A stretch of DNA of 64,000 nucleotides from Camelus dromedarius. Taxonomy: Eukaryota. The translations under genes were made by a program, and so were the position numbers. The notes under the pieces are model-generated. The model ran no database searches, had not been told where the DNA came from, and was given only the letters and a program-made list of their open reading frames with translations. The stretch spans positions 116,128,001-116,192,000 of the forward strand of contig NC_087436.1 in the NCBI RefSeq assembly GCF_036321535.1. Direction: 5' to 3'. Positions 35,931 to 50,100 of the stretch are shown here, piece by piece. Each line of letters begins with the position of its first letter. The first letter of the stretch is position 1.

Positions 35931-38900
35931 ATGCAAAATATATTCATGACAGTAAAACCAAAAATATAGGCAAGCAAAATAAACCCTTTTCCTGACATAG
36001 TTTACACTGAAGGCAGAGGAGTGAAATGGGCCTCATACATGAGGACTCACTGAAATTTCCCCAAGCCATTCCAGGAAGTAGGGGTTATCTTGGCAAGTTC
36101 AAAGAGGAAGAAATAGGCACAAAGAGGGTAAGGAACTTGCCCAAGGTCGCATTTATTGTGAGCCAGGGCTCAGAGCTCACTTAGAGCCAAAGCACAGGTC
36201 TTTTGTATTTTTTGTTTTTTCTACCTGACTCTTTCTAAACTCAAAAGGAGCAAGGGTGAGGCTGAGGGTTTCTCAGAAGTGCTCTGTGGGAGGTGAGTCC
36301 CCTTGGTTGGAGTCCAGCAGCTGCAGCAGGCTTGACCTTAGCCTGGCCCGTGCCCCGTGCCTGGCCTTGCCCAGACAGCAGAGAGAATGCCTTCTTCAAC
36401 CCTCTTTGAGGTTGTCAATAAACACCCAACTTACCAGAGGGTGCGGCGGAAATAAAGCAGGCGTCCAGCAGGGTATTTTTCAGCCTGCAAAGCACATCCC
36501 CCCGTTACACATCATTGGATCTTGTTTTTATCACCCTCACTTAAGAATAAAAAAATGGGAGGCCCCAAAAGGGGAAATCGAGTTATCACAGATGCCCAGG
36601 AATTTGGAGACTGAGTGGAGACCCTGATATGAATTTTCTGATTCCTAAGAGGATGCTCGTTGCAAAGCACTTATGAATGCCTGTACCTAACAGGATGGAG
36701 GGCTTGAAGCCCACCTTGTCGGGGCAAGAGGTGGTGTGTAGGGATGGAGGAGGGGAGGACCAAGCACTGGAGACATGATCAAGCTGCTGCGGCTGACCCA
36801 GCTGATAACAGGGGATGATCCACTTTAAATATTGGTAGGTATACATTCAGTCATTGTTGATTTAGGGGTGTGGGTCTTGACTGAAAATGTGTTCATGGAG
36901 GTCCACAATGGGCAAGGGGGCAGGGGGGGTCCTAGTGGCTATTTCTGTTCATCTACTTAGGGTACCACCTGAGCCAGCCATTTGGAAGGTACAAGCAGTG
37001 TGAAGCCATTGCTCCAGACAGAGCACTGAGGTCTCACCCGAGCACTGTCAGGTGCCGGGAGATCCTGCAGTAGACCAAGGCCCACCTTCACGGATGCCCA
37101 GAGGCAATGGCTCCGGAGCCAGATGGGCACCTGATCCCTCTCCAAACATGCCTGACACTAAGTCTATTTACAATGAGAGAATGATGTTGATGGGAAGTAG
37201 TGAGGTTGCCGCCCTGACTGGCCCAGGCTCGGGGGCTGCCTGGGGGCCTTTGGGTGATGACCTTCCAGATAGGAAGCTGGGAGCAGCTGAGCAGAGCCTC
37301 AGCTATGCATGTGGAGTCTTCACCTCACTGGATGCTTCTGAGTCAGGACAGCCCCCTCCCTTCTCCCAGGGATCAGATAGTGCTGAAATCCTGTTAATGC
37401 TACTTGGTTATCAGCTCACAGCTTGAAAATTTGCTACTTTAGCAAAAATGGTGATGTGCCTCTGAGCACCAGTGCCTTGCTCTCTCTCCCCCGGGAGACT
37501 GTGCTCAGCGGGAGAGAGATGAGGGCAGAAGGGACCAACCCTCGGGGCGCCTGCTACTTACAGGGTTGGGATCAGAGGTCGCTGCCAAGAGTTCCAGTAT
37601 TCACTAAAATTGTATATTTCTTTTGAGGCCCTACTATGTGCTTAGCATGGTATTAAGCTCTCAAGAGTGTGAAAGAGAATGTTAATGCAGGAACAAATAG
37701 CCATTAGCTAGTCTGTGTTTAAATTTAAAACAACAACAATAGAATATGGAAGGAATAGGGAGGCTGTTCCGTGTTTAAATTTAAAAAAAAAAAAAAAAAA
37801 GGAAGGGCTTGAAAAGCAGAGGAAAGGCCTTTAGCTCCACCTGTGTGCAGCTGGCCAGTGCTGTGTGTTTGGTACTTTCTCATTTAATACAAGAACATCC
37901 CTGAGAGAAATCAACTGGTCCCCTTAGAGAGAAGAGGAAACTGGGGCATGAGAACTGCACCTCCCCTCACTGTTTTAGAAGAAAGGGGGAGGGGTCGTCA
38001 CGTATCGTCGACAATCAAGGTGAGAGATGACAGGCACCTTCTGCCATACCATTGCTAAGGAGGCACAAGAGATGAGGCATCTTCCCAAAGGTCATGGGGC
38101 AGAGCTGTGACCCGGATCACTTAACCTGTGGGCCACACGACCCTGTTCTCTCCACAGGAGGGCTTCTTGGAGGAATTGCCAGGGAGCTGGAGCACAGGAG
38201 GCAATGGATGTAACCAGAGCAGGGCACTCTGGACCAGGGCAGCTTGAGGAATCAAGACATCCATCATCCCTGGGTGATGGGGAGGGGAAGGGCGGCAGGA
38301 AGAAGCAGGCAAGAGACTTGTCTACAGGGCATGGAGACGGGTTAAACACACTGAAAACTCACTCTGGGTCAGACACTGTGGCCTTGACATCCACTTTTCC
38401 AAGTGGTGGAAGCTTACGTAGCAGGCACCGCTGTGTCTCTGTCTCCTGTGCAGATGTATCTGTCATATAAAAATAACTACCACTTATTGCATACCTGCGA
38501 CGTGCTTGGCATTTTAAATATGTCGCTTCTAATCTATGTGACAATTCTGAGACATAGGAAATGGCATAGCACTAATTTTACAGAAGAGGAAACTCAAAGT
38601 CAGAGACTAAAGGGCTTGCCCACGATGCCAGAGCCGTTGACTGCTACAACCAGAATTTAGTGTCCAATGTCCACGCTCCGCTACTTTTCAGTCTATGCAA
38701 TTGTGGATCGGGGAGGGTGAAATAAAGCGCAAGTGTGTGTCAGGCAGCTCCTGGGAAAGTGATGGGCGTGTAGAATGCCAGGATGCACAGAGAGGTGTAT
38801 CAGATTGTCTTCAAGCAAAGAGGGGCTGGGATTTGATACAAAGGGCACAAGATAAAGCCCATTCCTTCCTGGCAGACGTTCATTTAGGAAGTCTGAGCTT

Positions 38901-39339
38901 AAGCTAAAGATCAGAGCACAACAAAGGAGCTCTCCAAATGGCAGACAAGGGGTGAGGACCAAAGCTACAGACTCTCCTGACTGAGATGCTTGACTGCAAT
39001 ATTTTCATGTAAGACATGGCCTCGGTCCTTCAGGTCACCCTGATACCAAGATCTTCACTCCATTTTCCCCAGTTTTCCCAGTTAGGTAACCGGAGAGGAA
39101 AAAAAACAGAACCAGAAGACAGGTACAAATCCCAACTCTACCAATTATTGACCATGTGGTCTTAGGTTCCAGTTCTCACAACCTGTTCCATTCTTGATAT
39201 AAATGGGCTGACACTGACTTAACTTTCTTCTGGGGAGAATTCAATGAGAGGAAGTAAAACTAAACTCTGTGGGTATGGGGCTTGGTGGTTAAGAGCATTT
39301 AGGACTTTGAGAAATACACCCAGACTGGTTTTGAAACAG

Positions 39340-39890
39340 TCAGAGGCACCCATGGCCTTGGTTTCCTCATCCACTTCCCAGTTTTGGGACTGGAGCCCTG
39401 GCTGCTGGTGCCCCATCCAGGTTCTGTGTACCAGGGAAGTGCTCCCATCCCCACCACCAGAGGAGCTGGCTGCTGATTGCTCAGTCTGTACTGTTTCCTG
39501 GAGCATTTCTCTTAGCTGTCAGGAGCCACCTTACCTGGAGGTACCTGGGAAGTTATGTCCGCCCTGCTTTCCTGCTTCCCTCGGGGTTGCCTGTGACTAA
39601 AGACGGACCGATGTGGGGCAAGAAGTCAAGCTGTCGGGTAGCAGCCCGGCCCCCTGGTCTCCAGGCAGGACAGCCTCGATGGTACAGCTCATGCCCCAGA
39701 ACTCCTCCTTGGATCGGGTTGAGGTTAGACTTCTCCTGAAATTACACTTTTGCTTAATTTCTTCCATTTTATCCCATGTTCCGCATGGCCTTATTCATGA
39801 CTTCTGTAACCCCACTCCTAGGGAATGACTTGCCCCAGAATACAGGAATCCCCAACTCAGGCTTTGCTTCTAGGGCATCCAATCTAAGAT
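39340..39890 (+). mobile_element. ERVL solo LTR (LTR16A-like)
   Basis: gtcaggagccaccttacctggagg...ctcatgccccagaactcctcc...ctcaggctttgcttctagggcatccaatctaagata. Confidence 0.6.
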
Positions 39891-40869
39891 AGTAAACTTG
39901 CCTAAATGTCTTATTCTGTTTGTATTTCACATGAATAATAATGACCAGCCCACAGAGTTATAGCAATTTTTCCAGTTAAATAACAGACCATAGGGGATGA
40001 GTCCATTGTATTCTCTGACACATACAAATGCTAAATACAAGAAGAGACACAATTGTTACCAAGGAGTAGTCTCTTCTTTGGTTTACCAGACTATCAATGT
40101 AGTGTCAATGCATCAACGTCAAACTCCACCTTCAGGAGAGCATCCTGGTTCCCACAAATGAGGGCATCACTCCATCTTACTTGTGCTACAGGATGTTGCC
40201 TGTCTATTGCTTGATAAGTATTTCACTTAGAGCTAGTGCACGAATGTCTCTTCCTCTTGACCACAACACCCTGGCACCTGGGACAGTGCCTGGCACATGG
40301 CAGACAGGAAGTTCTTGTTTGTAGATTGAATTGTAATTCTAGCCTGGCTGTCAGTCTGAAGTGAAAACCCTTGTACCACATCCCAGCCTCGTGATCTGAC
40401 TGACCTCCTGGGAACACCTCTTCTGGGCCAGGCACGGACAGCATTTCACAGTATACTGTCTTAGTTAATTCTTACAAAAGCCGGGAAGAAATAATTAATC
40501 CAAGCTCATTGGTTTTTCTTACCGTCATATCCTCAACAAATAGAACAGTGCTTGAGATAGGAATTACAAATATTTATTAACTAAGTGAATCATCCTAATG
40601 CCCAAGCCCTTTCCACTGTGCCATACTACACAGCTGCTTCCTGAAACTGCACTAGGGGAGAATCCAGTATTCTCCAGGGAAACCCATTACATCTCCAAAT
40701 TGGCCACTGGCATTCACACTTCCTGTAACTAAATCTCTATTCCCCTAGCTTCCTCCAGTGGATATGAGTTCTACCACATGATGTCATGAAGAACAAGTCT
40801 CAGATCGCTTTCGCATGTCGGCATACTGCAAAGAATACTGCCTGTCGATTCTGAAGAACAGGGAGATTT

Positions 40870-41300
40870 TTCACAGCTATGTGACCTTGGGCAATTTCTC
40901 TAACTTCTGAACTTCTGGTACCTTTCTGTAAAACAGGATGAATGATGTCTTCTTCACAGAGATTCTGTGGGCATTGCATGGTTAGTGGCCAATGTACAAA
41001 TATAAGAGATCGTATTTGTATAAAACCTCTTCTAATATGGAAAAGTAATTCAGTTCTTATGACCAGTGACATCCCCTACAGAGGGTAATGAGATAATGGC
41101 TGAATACTAACTAAAAGCTGGGTGTGTAATTATCTCATTTAATCTTCACATCAACCTCTGAGACAGGTACTATTAACCTCATTTTATGGATGGATGGGGG
41201 ATCCAAGGCACAGAGATACTAAGTAATTTTCCCAGTCACATGGCTAGTAAATAGCAGAGCCAGACTTGCTCCCTGGGTTGCCTGTCTTCATGGCTGGCAT
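40870..41300. mobile_element. Two adjacent MIRs in opposite orientation
   Basis: tgtgaccttgggcaatttctctaacttctgaac...ctgtaaaacaggatg, followed by ctcatttaatcttcacatcaacctctgagacaggtactattaacctcattttatgga...cagagccagact. Confidence 0.65.
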
Positions 41301-41437
41301 ATCTGACCTCCAGGCTTCCCTACCTTTCTGTACAAAAGAGAATCCTTTCCCCAACATACCTGCCCATGAAGAGTGTAGAGCACCAAGAAGGAAAAAAATA
41401 GATATTAGGAACTTATGATAAATATCAGTAAAAAAGA

Positions 41438-41963
41438 CATAGTAGTCAGAAGTCAAGAATGTCCCCTTCCAAGATTCCCCTCCCCGGTGCACACATTCTA
41501 TGTAATTTTCTCCTCTTGAATGTGGGCAGGACTTGTAAATAAGATGGGATATTTACTCTGCAGAACAGGTTACATTATATGGCAAGGTTGTTGGGATGTG
41601 ACTCTGTTACATTATCTAAGACTCCAACTTAGCAGCTGGAGAGACAAATTCTCTTACTGGTTTTGAAGAAATCACCTGCCATGTGAGAGGCTTAGGAGTG
41701 GGGGAACATAGCAAGGGACTGTAGTGGCCAGCAATACTGAAAGTGTCCCCAGCCAACAATGAGCAAGAAAACAAAGGTGGCATTCCTCCCGTAGCAAAGA
41801 ACTCAGATTTTCCAACAACCTGTGAGCTTGGAAGAGGGCCCCAAGCTCCAGATGAGAATGCTTCTGGCTGAGAGCTTGACTCCTGCCTCGTGGAAACTGA
41901 GATGCATGTTGATTTAAGCTGCTAGGTTTGTAGTAACTTGTTATGTAATAAGAAACTAACACA
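41438..41963 (+). mobile_element. MaLR solo LTR (MLT1E-like)
   Basis: cttgaatgtgggcaggacttgt...ccaacaacctgtgagcttggaagagggccccaagctccagatgagaa...ttaagctgctaggtttgtagtaacttgttatg...aaactaacaca. Confidence 0.8.
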
Positions 41964-42611
41964 AAGACTTAAATCTACTTTCTAGCCATTTTTCTCAGCT
42001 TAAACTCACTTTACTCTCTCTTAAAAACAAACAAAATGCATGACTTTTTGCTGCCCAAGGAATACATGTCCGTTGTAGGAAAACTAGATACTTCAAGTAA
42101 GATTTTTCAGAAATAATCACTGTCAACATTTTGGTTTGTATTGTTCCAGATTTTTCCAACACATGAATGTGTGTGTATGTATGTGTCTTAAAAATAAATT
42201 ACATCTTTTTTGAAACCCACTCAACAACCTCAAGATAAATATCAGCTGATACCTATCCACTGATAGAATTGAAAGGGGTCTTAGAAGTCATTTAAGCTAA
42301 TTTTCTTGTTTTATGAGAAAAAAGTTTGTGAGCCCTGGAGGAGCTAAATCACTGTCGGTGCTCATGTAGTTAGCTACAGCCTAATGCAGGTGAGAACTCA
42401 GAGCTACTTCCTAATACCTTCGACACTGTATGTATGATGTCTAATCACTTGTCTAACTCTCCGCCGTCCCCAGGTGAAGCCAGTGCCTCACACAGGTTTT
42501 TGCAGGTAGCAGATATCCAGTTGTTAGTGGCTGATTAAAGCTATAGTCCTCATTTAGCAGTGTTTTGGGTGCAATGGGAAAAACAATAAAAGCTAGGTAG
42601 ACCTGATACTC

Positions 42612-43200
42612 CAATTACTCACAGCTGCGTAACAAACTACCCCAAAATTTAGTGGCCTAATGCAGCAATTATTATTGCTGTATTATCCCTTATAGTTCTG
42701 TGGGTGGGATGGAAACAGGTCAGTTCTTCCTTGAGCGCTCACCCAGTTGTAGTCAGATGGTGGTTAGGACTGAAGTTACCTGAAGGCCGGACTTGACTGG
42801 GAATCCAAGATGGCTTCTTTAATTACATATTTGATGCCTCAGTTGGAATGACTGCAATTCTTGGGGGCTGGCTGGACATTATCCTCTCTTTCTCTCTTTC
42901 TCTCTCTCTCTCCCTCTCTCTCTTTGTCTCTCTCTGTCTCTCCATGTGGCCAACTTGGGCTTCCTTACAATTTGGCAGACTTATGGTCATTGGTGGAACT
43001 TCTTCTATGATAGCCGACTTTACCCAGAGTGAGTGTTCCAAGAGAGTGAAGCCAAAGTTGCAAGTGTTGCATAGTGAAACTGCCCCCACAGGGTACTGTT
43101 TCAATAGGGCCAGCCCAGATTCAGTGGGCAGGACTCCATAGGAGGTGAATAATAGGAGGTGTGGTTCCCTGGGGGACCTCTTTGGAGACAAGCTGCCATA
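42612..43200 (-). mobile_element. MaLR solo LTR (MLT1G/H-like) with an internal (CT)n tract
   Basis: gctgcgtaacaaactaccccaaaatttagtggc...tccaagatggctt...ggccagcccagattcagtgggcaggactccata...ggagacaagctgccata. Confidence 0.7.
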
Positions 43201-44699
43201 CTTGGTTGTTCCTTGACAATAAAATGGGCAGACACCTACTTAATGGATTTTTGGTCATATTTTAAAGGGAGATTAATATAGGTGTGAGCTTTCATGGACC
43301 TTAGAGTCCATTATACAAATGTAAGTTATCATTATTATGAGTCCTCGAGCCTCCTATGTAATTTCAACCATTTTGACCTAAGGCATTTGCCTATTTTCGT
43401 TCCAACCTTTTGATGGTATGTGACAGTGATTAAGTGATTTTGCATAAATCATCTGTTGCGTAAGTAGAGTGGAGGCACGTACACTGTGTTGCTTATGCTG
43501 TATTTTATTATAGCCCCATCAAACCATATGAGAAAGAGAAACACTTAGAACAGACTGTGGACTGGAATCAGCTGGGAAAACTCTGTCCTCTATGTAGGCA
43601 GACCTACAGGATCTCTTAGATAATTTGTCAAACACAAAAGAAAGCTGCAAAGACATTTAACACTGTGTGTTAGAAGCTGTGCACAGCATTCAGGAGAGAA
43701 TGCATGGCCAACTCCATTTCTACTTCCTTTAATTTGGAAGTTCTATCTTTAGTAGCAATCTTACATTTTCCACACAATTAAAGACTATACTAGTTCTGAT
43801 TTGCACTTCAAGTACCCAACTCAGCTGTGATTTACTTTTTTTCCCTTCTATTTAACTGTTTACCTGCTTCCTAGTAAGCAAACTAGGTTTTAAATCTTGA
43901 TATTAATTGTGGGTGATGCTGGACAAATGTGATTAACTATTTTAAGGATCAGTTTGCTTCCATGTTAAATAGGAATATGATTTTATTTAAGGAATTGTGC
44001 ATCTTAAAGGCTGCTGTGCGCACAGCCAAGCACATAGTAGGCATTCAACACATGTGAATTCATTGTTCTTTTAATACACTTCCTGTGTCTCCCACCAAAG
44101 GGTCTGTGAATAAAGAACTGACTGCTGGAAATAGAACAACACCCTTCAGGTATCACTGCTCATTATGAACATCAAGGTCAACACATCCAAAATCAGTGAG
44201 ATCTTCTTGTGCCTCTAATTATAAACATAAATCCAGGCCATTGACAAGCAAACACAATTTTTCAGACAGTTCTCTAGGTAATAAAGTTCTATTTGTTTTT
44301 TCTGAAATATTCAAATAATGAAGAAGATGCATTTGAATGGCCTCGCTGCTTCTTTCTTCTCTACACGTGACAGATACAAATTAAAGGTAATTTAGAAAGA
44401 AAAATTTTCTTTCACTAAATAGTTTGGAAACTTACCTGTTTTGGTACGGAAGGCACCTAACAATTTCCCAAGGACATAAAATGACTATTTTTCTATTAGC
44501 TGTCATTTATTTCATTTGTACCAATATCACTCCTTTAAATTCAGTTTCCCTCCTCTCTCAATGTACAATGACCTGCTTAATTCTCAACCGCCATGCCCCA
44601 GACTCGGGGGTATGGCAACTTTGAAAAAGAGACATGAAAATGTTTTAAATTTCAAAGGATATTTTTAGCCATGCCTATCTGTTTATTAAAATTCAATCT

Positions 44700-45153
44700 G
44701 CCCCTCATTCACAGTCACTAGATGGTAGAAGCAACTCAAGTGTCTGTATACAGATAATTAGATAAACAAATGTGGTCTAGCCATACAATGAAATATTACC
44801 CAGCCATGAAAAGGAATGAAGTTTTGATGTATGCTACAACATGGAGGAACCTGAAAGCTTTATGCTGATTGAAATAAACCAGGCACAAAAGAGCAAATAT
44901 TGAATGATTTCATCAAATGGGCAAATTTGTAGAGACAGGAGGTAAATTAGAAGTTATTAAGGGGCTGGAGAGGGAGGAGCAAATAAACAATTATTATTAA
45001 ATAAGTACAGAGTTTCTGCTGGGGTAATTACAAAGTTTTGGAAATAGTGGTGATTGATGTACAATTCGAATGTAATTAATGCTCCTAAATTGTACATTTA
45101 AAAATGGTTAAAATGTCAAATTATGTTGTATTTCTTACCACAGATACAAAAAT
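44700..45153 (+). mobile_element. L1MB-like 3' end
   Basis: gataaacaaatgtggt...catacaatgaaatattacccagccatgaaaaggaatgaag...gctacaacatgga...aattgtacatttaaaaatggttaaaatg. Confidence 0.8.
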
Positions 45154-46134
45154 ATGCGTATACATAAGAAAAGACATAAATCCAATCTTAGGCTCTATGG
45201 TAACTTTTTACTTAACTGCAAGCAGGGCAGTCACGTTCCTGACTCATTTGCGGCCTATGCAAAAGGACTTCCACAGAAGTGCTGACTCTGGATGACTTCA
45301 CTGCGTGAACATTCCAGTTTCCAATTGCTGCATTATTTATCAGTTTATAGATGGGAAATAAGCATGATATTTAATGTAAAGTAGCCTAATTGCACTCACT
45401 TTTTGTGTGCCTAACTGGTGACTTAGCTTCAAACCAAATAAATCATTTATATTTAGAATTTCAGCTACTGTACACAGTTTTCAATGTCATCCATTCCTGA
45501 GAAGTACATTATCGGCTCTCCAAATCATGTTGTTCCCAACCTACCTGCAAAATGCTCAGCCTCACAACCTCAGTGGGTGTGATCATCAGTCAGAGCTCAC
45601 CAGGATGAACATTCACCCACGGCTCTGTCAGTTCTGGTTGACAAAAAATTCCCATCACGAGCTGAGCTTAGCTGACCAAACGATTGGAAATAAAATATAA
45701 AAAAAAAAAAAGATTAGCTCCTTAGTAAACAAAAGCAGATGATATACATAATCTCTCTTTAAAAAAAAAAAAAACAGAAAGAACAAATAAATAAGGGGGA
45801 CCTTAAACTATATTTTTTGTTGACAACCATGAGGCATGTAGGCGAACTGATTGAAGGTGTAACACTGTCTCATGTAACAATTCCCTCTAGACAGCAAGTG
45901 AAAAAAAGTGATATAATTGGACACGAGTTTGCTCTGTATTTAACTTTCTACGTATATTTTACATATATATGTATGGTTTACAAATACGTTAGTCTTATGC
46001 AGAGAGAGAAGTTTACACCTTAGGGTTTAGTTTGATTCCTACAAAAGTCAGTAGTTTAAAAGCAGTCTTGGACATGGGGCCATTTCTCCTAAGAGAAGCT
46101 TGTGAGTATAGGCTATCAAAGGAAAATATATATA

Positions 46135-46647
46135 TGACCATGAGAGGCAAAAACATAATATGCTTTACTGAGTGCTGCTTGGATGGGGTGGTGTGAGAGG
46201 GGACTGTCTGCATAGCATGAGACGATCCAGAGGCTTAGGGCAAGGGGTCCACCACTCAGAAGGGGAGAAAAGCCAGAGAACTCTTGGGGGAGACGGGGGG
46301 CCGAAAGGGGCTGAAGTATCCAGGGAACATGACCAGCAGCATAGCTGGGAGTCCCCGGGTCAGAGAACTCCGACGGGCCACCACTGCTTGGGGACTCGTA
46401 ACTACGAGGCCCTCCCTTATGAGTGGTTAACAGTTTCTGGGTGAGGTTACCCAGAGTACAAAAACCAGGGAGGCTCCAAATGACTCAAAATCTGTTTGTT
46501 TGAGCTTCGTTTAAAATAATTGGGTGAGCGAAAGTTTAAGTTTGGGGCCAGCAGGCTTTTGAGCTAACAGGTCTCAGCCTGCCAGGAAGAAATAAACAAC
46601 CTAGAAACCAATACACGAAAATCCTCTTTGGCTTATTTTTATAACAA
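46135..46647 (-). mobile_element. Probable ERV-type solo LTR (family not identified)
   Basis: Block of about 510 bp bounded by TG...CA, with an AGTAAA-type signal near its minus-strand 3' end (gctttactgag). Composition is LTR-like. Confidence 0.35.
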
Positions 46648-46734
46648 TAAGGACCCAGAGTGTCTGCCTTGTAGAGGAGTGGTTGTTCACCTACAGGTGG
46701 GTTTTGGTTAACCCAGAAGGTCCACCAAGGTGTT

Positions 46735-47190
46735 TGTGTTTGTTTCCTATGGGTGCTCTAATGAATTATCATAAACTTAATTAATGGTTTAAGACAATAC
46801 AGATTTATTATCTCAAAGCTCTGGAACTCAGAAGCCCAAAATCAGACTCAGTGAGCTAAAGTCAAAGTGCTGGCAAGGATCTGTTCTCTCTGGAGGTTCA
46901 AGGAGAGAATCCCTTTCGTTGTCTTTTCCAGCTCCTAGAAACTGTCTCCATTCCATGGTGAGCAGGCCCCCATCCCACCCTTTTTCAGGTCTGCCCTCTG
47001 CTACCCTCGTATGAGGGCCCTTGTGATGTGATGACATTGGGTCCGCCCCGATAACCCAGGACAGTCTCCTTATCTCAGATGTTTACCTTAATCGCATCCA
47101 CGAAGTCCCTCTGCCACATAATGTGATGTATTCAAGGATTCCGGAGGATTAGGACGTGGACATGTTTGGGGACCATTATTCGTTAAACAC
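46735..47190 (-). mobile_element. MaLR solo LTR (MLT1C/D-like)
   Basis: agatttattatctcaaagctctggaactcagaagcc...ggagagaatcc...cttttccagctcctaga...gattaggacgtggacatgtttggggaccattattc. Confidence 0.8.
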
Positions 47191-50100
47191 AGGGCTCTGG
47201 ACCAGAGCTCTGATGTGCTCCAAGATGCCGACTCTTGGTCTTTGAAGAGCCTAGGGTTGAGGACACAAGATAAAAGGAAGATCAACAAACTCCTTTCAAG
47301 CAGCCCCTCAGGCACACCCAGGGGCCTCTGGAAGGGAGTGCAGCTGTTTAAGAAGTGGAGGTGGTAAGGATGGAAATTTTGGTTTTAACAGCTCTGAGGC
47401 TTAAGTTTCTTTCTGCCTTCCAACCTTAAGGGCCATTTGAGGTTTGTGATTTGTCCTTGTCATCAGCTGTGGAAAGTGAGAATCAGAGACAACCAATAAC
47501 TTCCTCAAAGACACACAGCTACACAGCTACACAGCTAGACAGGGACAGAGTCTATTTGATCCCCAGCTCTGTGTTCTATACACTTTATCCATTCAGGGCA
47601 GCATATGCTTCCTGATTAGTGACCAGAAGGAACAGTGAAGGATTGCAAAGACCTCAGTTATGTACAAGGTCTCTCTCTACACCATGGGTACCACCACGCA
47701 CTCCATGTAAATTAGATGCTAGGATGTCTAAATCACTAGGGTTTAGATACCTGAAAGTGTGAATCACCTCAGTGTTTATGAAAGAAGGAGAAAAAGAAGG
47801 AGGAGGAGGGAGAGGAGGAAGAAAAACAAGAGTAACAAAGTAGGGAGCTTGATGGACTGTTTGTGCACATCAGTGTCTCACCCTGGCCTGCAATTCCGCA
47901 CTTGATGTTCATCATCCTAGAGGGATTTCTCAACAGTTTCTTGTTGAGGATTCCTATGCAATCCTCAGTGGAGAGCCAAGATTCTCCTCCCAGCTGGGCA
48001 TCTCCCTCCCATTCACTGCAGTCCCCCTGATGCCTTTCCAGACCCCAGCATCTCTGGCTGGTGGCCAGGAGCTCGAACAAGCATGGTTCTCTCAGTACAA
48101 GATAGCAAGTACCTCTATACCAATGGGTGGGCGGCTAGATTCTCCAGTTCAAATTTGGGTAAGAAAATCCCAGAGCGAGTCTTTCTCTCACCTAACCTGT
48201 TGTTTATCTAGACAACAGGGGGTTGCAAAAAGTGCTACACAAAGTTTTAGTTCATCTGTTTGCTGGCTCTGTGAATTTAGACAAATATCTTTACATCTCT
48301 GAGTCTCAGATTTCCTTCTCTGAAAAAGGTCATAGAACTAGATGATCTCTAAGTCCCTGGCAAGTTCTAAAATGTTGTAACTTCTCCTAGTTACGGAAAA
48401 GAAGAAAGTTTTGTCTTCTCTCCTTATCTTCCTTCATTTCCTTTTTTTTTTTTTTCTTTTTCTTTCTTTTCTTCTCCTTTTTCTTTGTGCCAAGATTTTA
48501 AGTAACAATCTGCTCTGCCTGAAATTAGGACTTTAAATTTTTGAAATTGTCCTGGGTAGAAGCCAAAAAAAAAAAAAAAAAAACCTTCTTAAAAGCTGTA
48601 ACCATTTTGTTATGCTCTTAGACAGGGAAACTGAAGGATTCCTTTGCTGCCTTCATCCTGAGAACCTCTACATACAGATGTTATTCCTCGAAGTCATCCT
48701 TCCATCCTGGCAGGATTTAGCGACAAGAGTTCAGCATGGATTTGGAAATGCAAACTTATTTTCTGTTTCACATGTCACATTGGTCAGTCACTGGTGTGGT
48801 GTGAATGGCTAAGTCAGAACTGTCTTGGTCTAGAGATGGGGTCTGGCAAGGGACTAGTGAAAGGAAATGGATTCAGAATGTTCTGCAAATCACACCTCAT
48901 CATTGTAGAAATGGAGGTGTTGTTTGAAAGTTTGTTTTCTGAGACTTGCATGCAGAAGAGGGGATGTGAAAGAGGGTAGCTAAAGGAGCTGCTTTCATGG
49001 GAGAGTTTGTGGAATTCTGAGTTTCCTTAGGGTCCAGTGAAAAAGGTAGCTCCATATGGGGGAGTGAGCCAGTGTCCACATCCCAGCACTTTCCGCCCCA
49101 GCCAAACAGACTGCGGATGTCAAGCTTTGAGATTCAGGGGTCTTGCTATTGTAGAAAGCTTACATTGTATGACACAACTTAAGCTTAACCAGACAAACAA
49201 TGCACAGGGCAGTGACAATGAGCTGATAATTGTAAGCACATAATATACTCCTTTTGGGGATCCAAGAAAGAATTGGAAGATACTGAGAAGAAATGAGACC
49301 CTGTAATTAAGGCAGGAGGGTTCGATGGCACCATCATTTGGATTATATGTGTAAATACCTTACTTGGACATAGAGTTAATATCTTCGATACATTCTGTCT
49401 CCTTGAAACGTGGCAGTGATTCCTAAAAGGAGAGGACACTGAGGCTGGAGTTTGATCCAGGACTGTCTCATGCTACAGCCAACTTTCCCCATCATACAAC
49501 ACAGAATCTGTCTCCCCTTTTTCCCTGCTCTCACCCTTGTCTTGCATATGCATCATTTTAATATATACATAATCATATCACATTATGTATTTTACTATCA
49601 CTACACTAGAGACAATGGACCTTTCCTGTTGAAGACCTTGGCATATTCATAGCATATAAAACAACAGCAACTGATGTTTGCAGTGCTTCATGCTTGGTTC
49701 CTCTTCCTATGAAAAATGCTTGGAGTTTCATCTCTGGTTCCGACGCCATGGGGGCTGATAGAATTGAGAAGATTTCAAATGTGGAGGAATTTGTAGTTTC
49801 TTTGGCAATCTCATACTTCAAGTAACTTCTCGTTTTTAAATATCACACTTGTCATATAGTATAGACAGTCATTAATAAGCATGAATGAGTTTCTGAGTTT
49901 AGATAAAAGGCAGTAAATAAATGGCTGGAACATCTATGCAGAAAGCAGGTGGATGGCGTCGGGAGCTCCGTTTCCCTGGCTGGCTGGCTTTTGCGTGGAG
50001 TTCACGTTTTCTGCGTTGGCTGTGACCTCACAGGGGAGTTAGTCCTACTTTACATGCCTTGACGGCTTCCCATTGATGGAAGGTAAGTTTGCTTTTTGGT

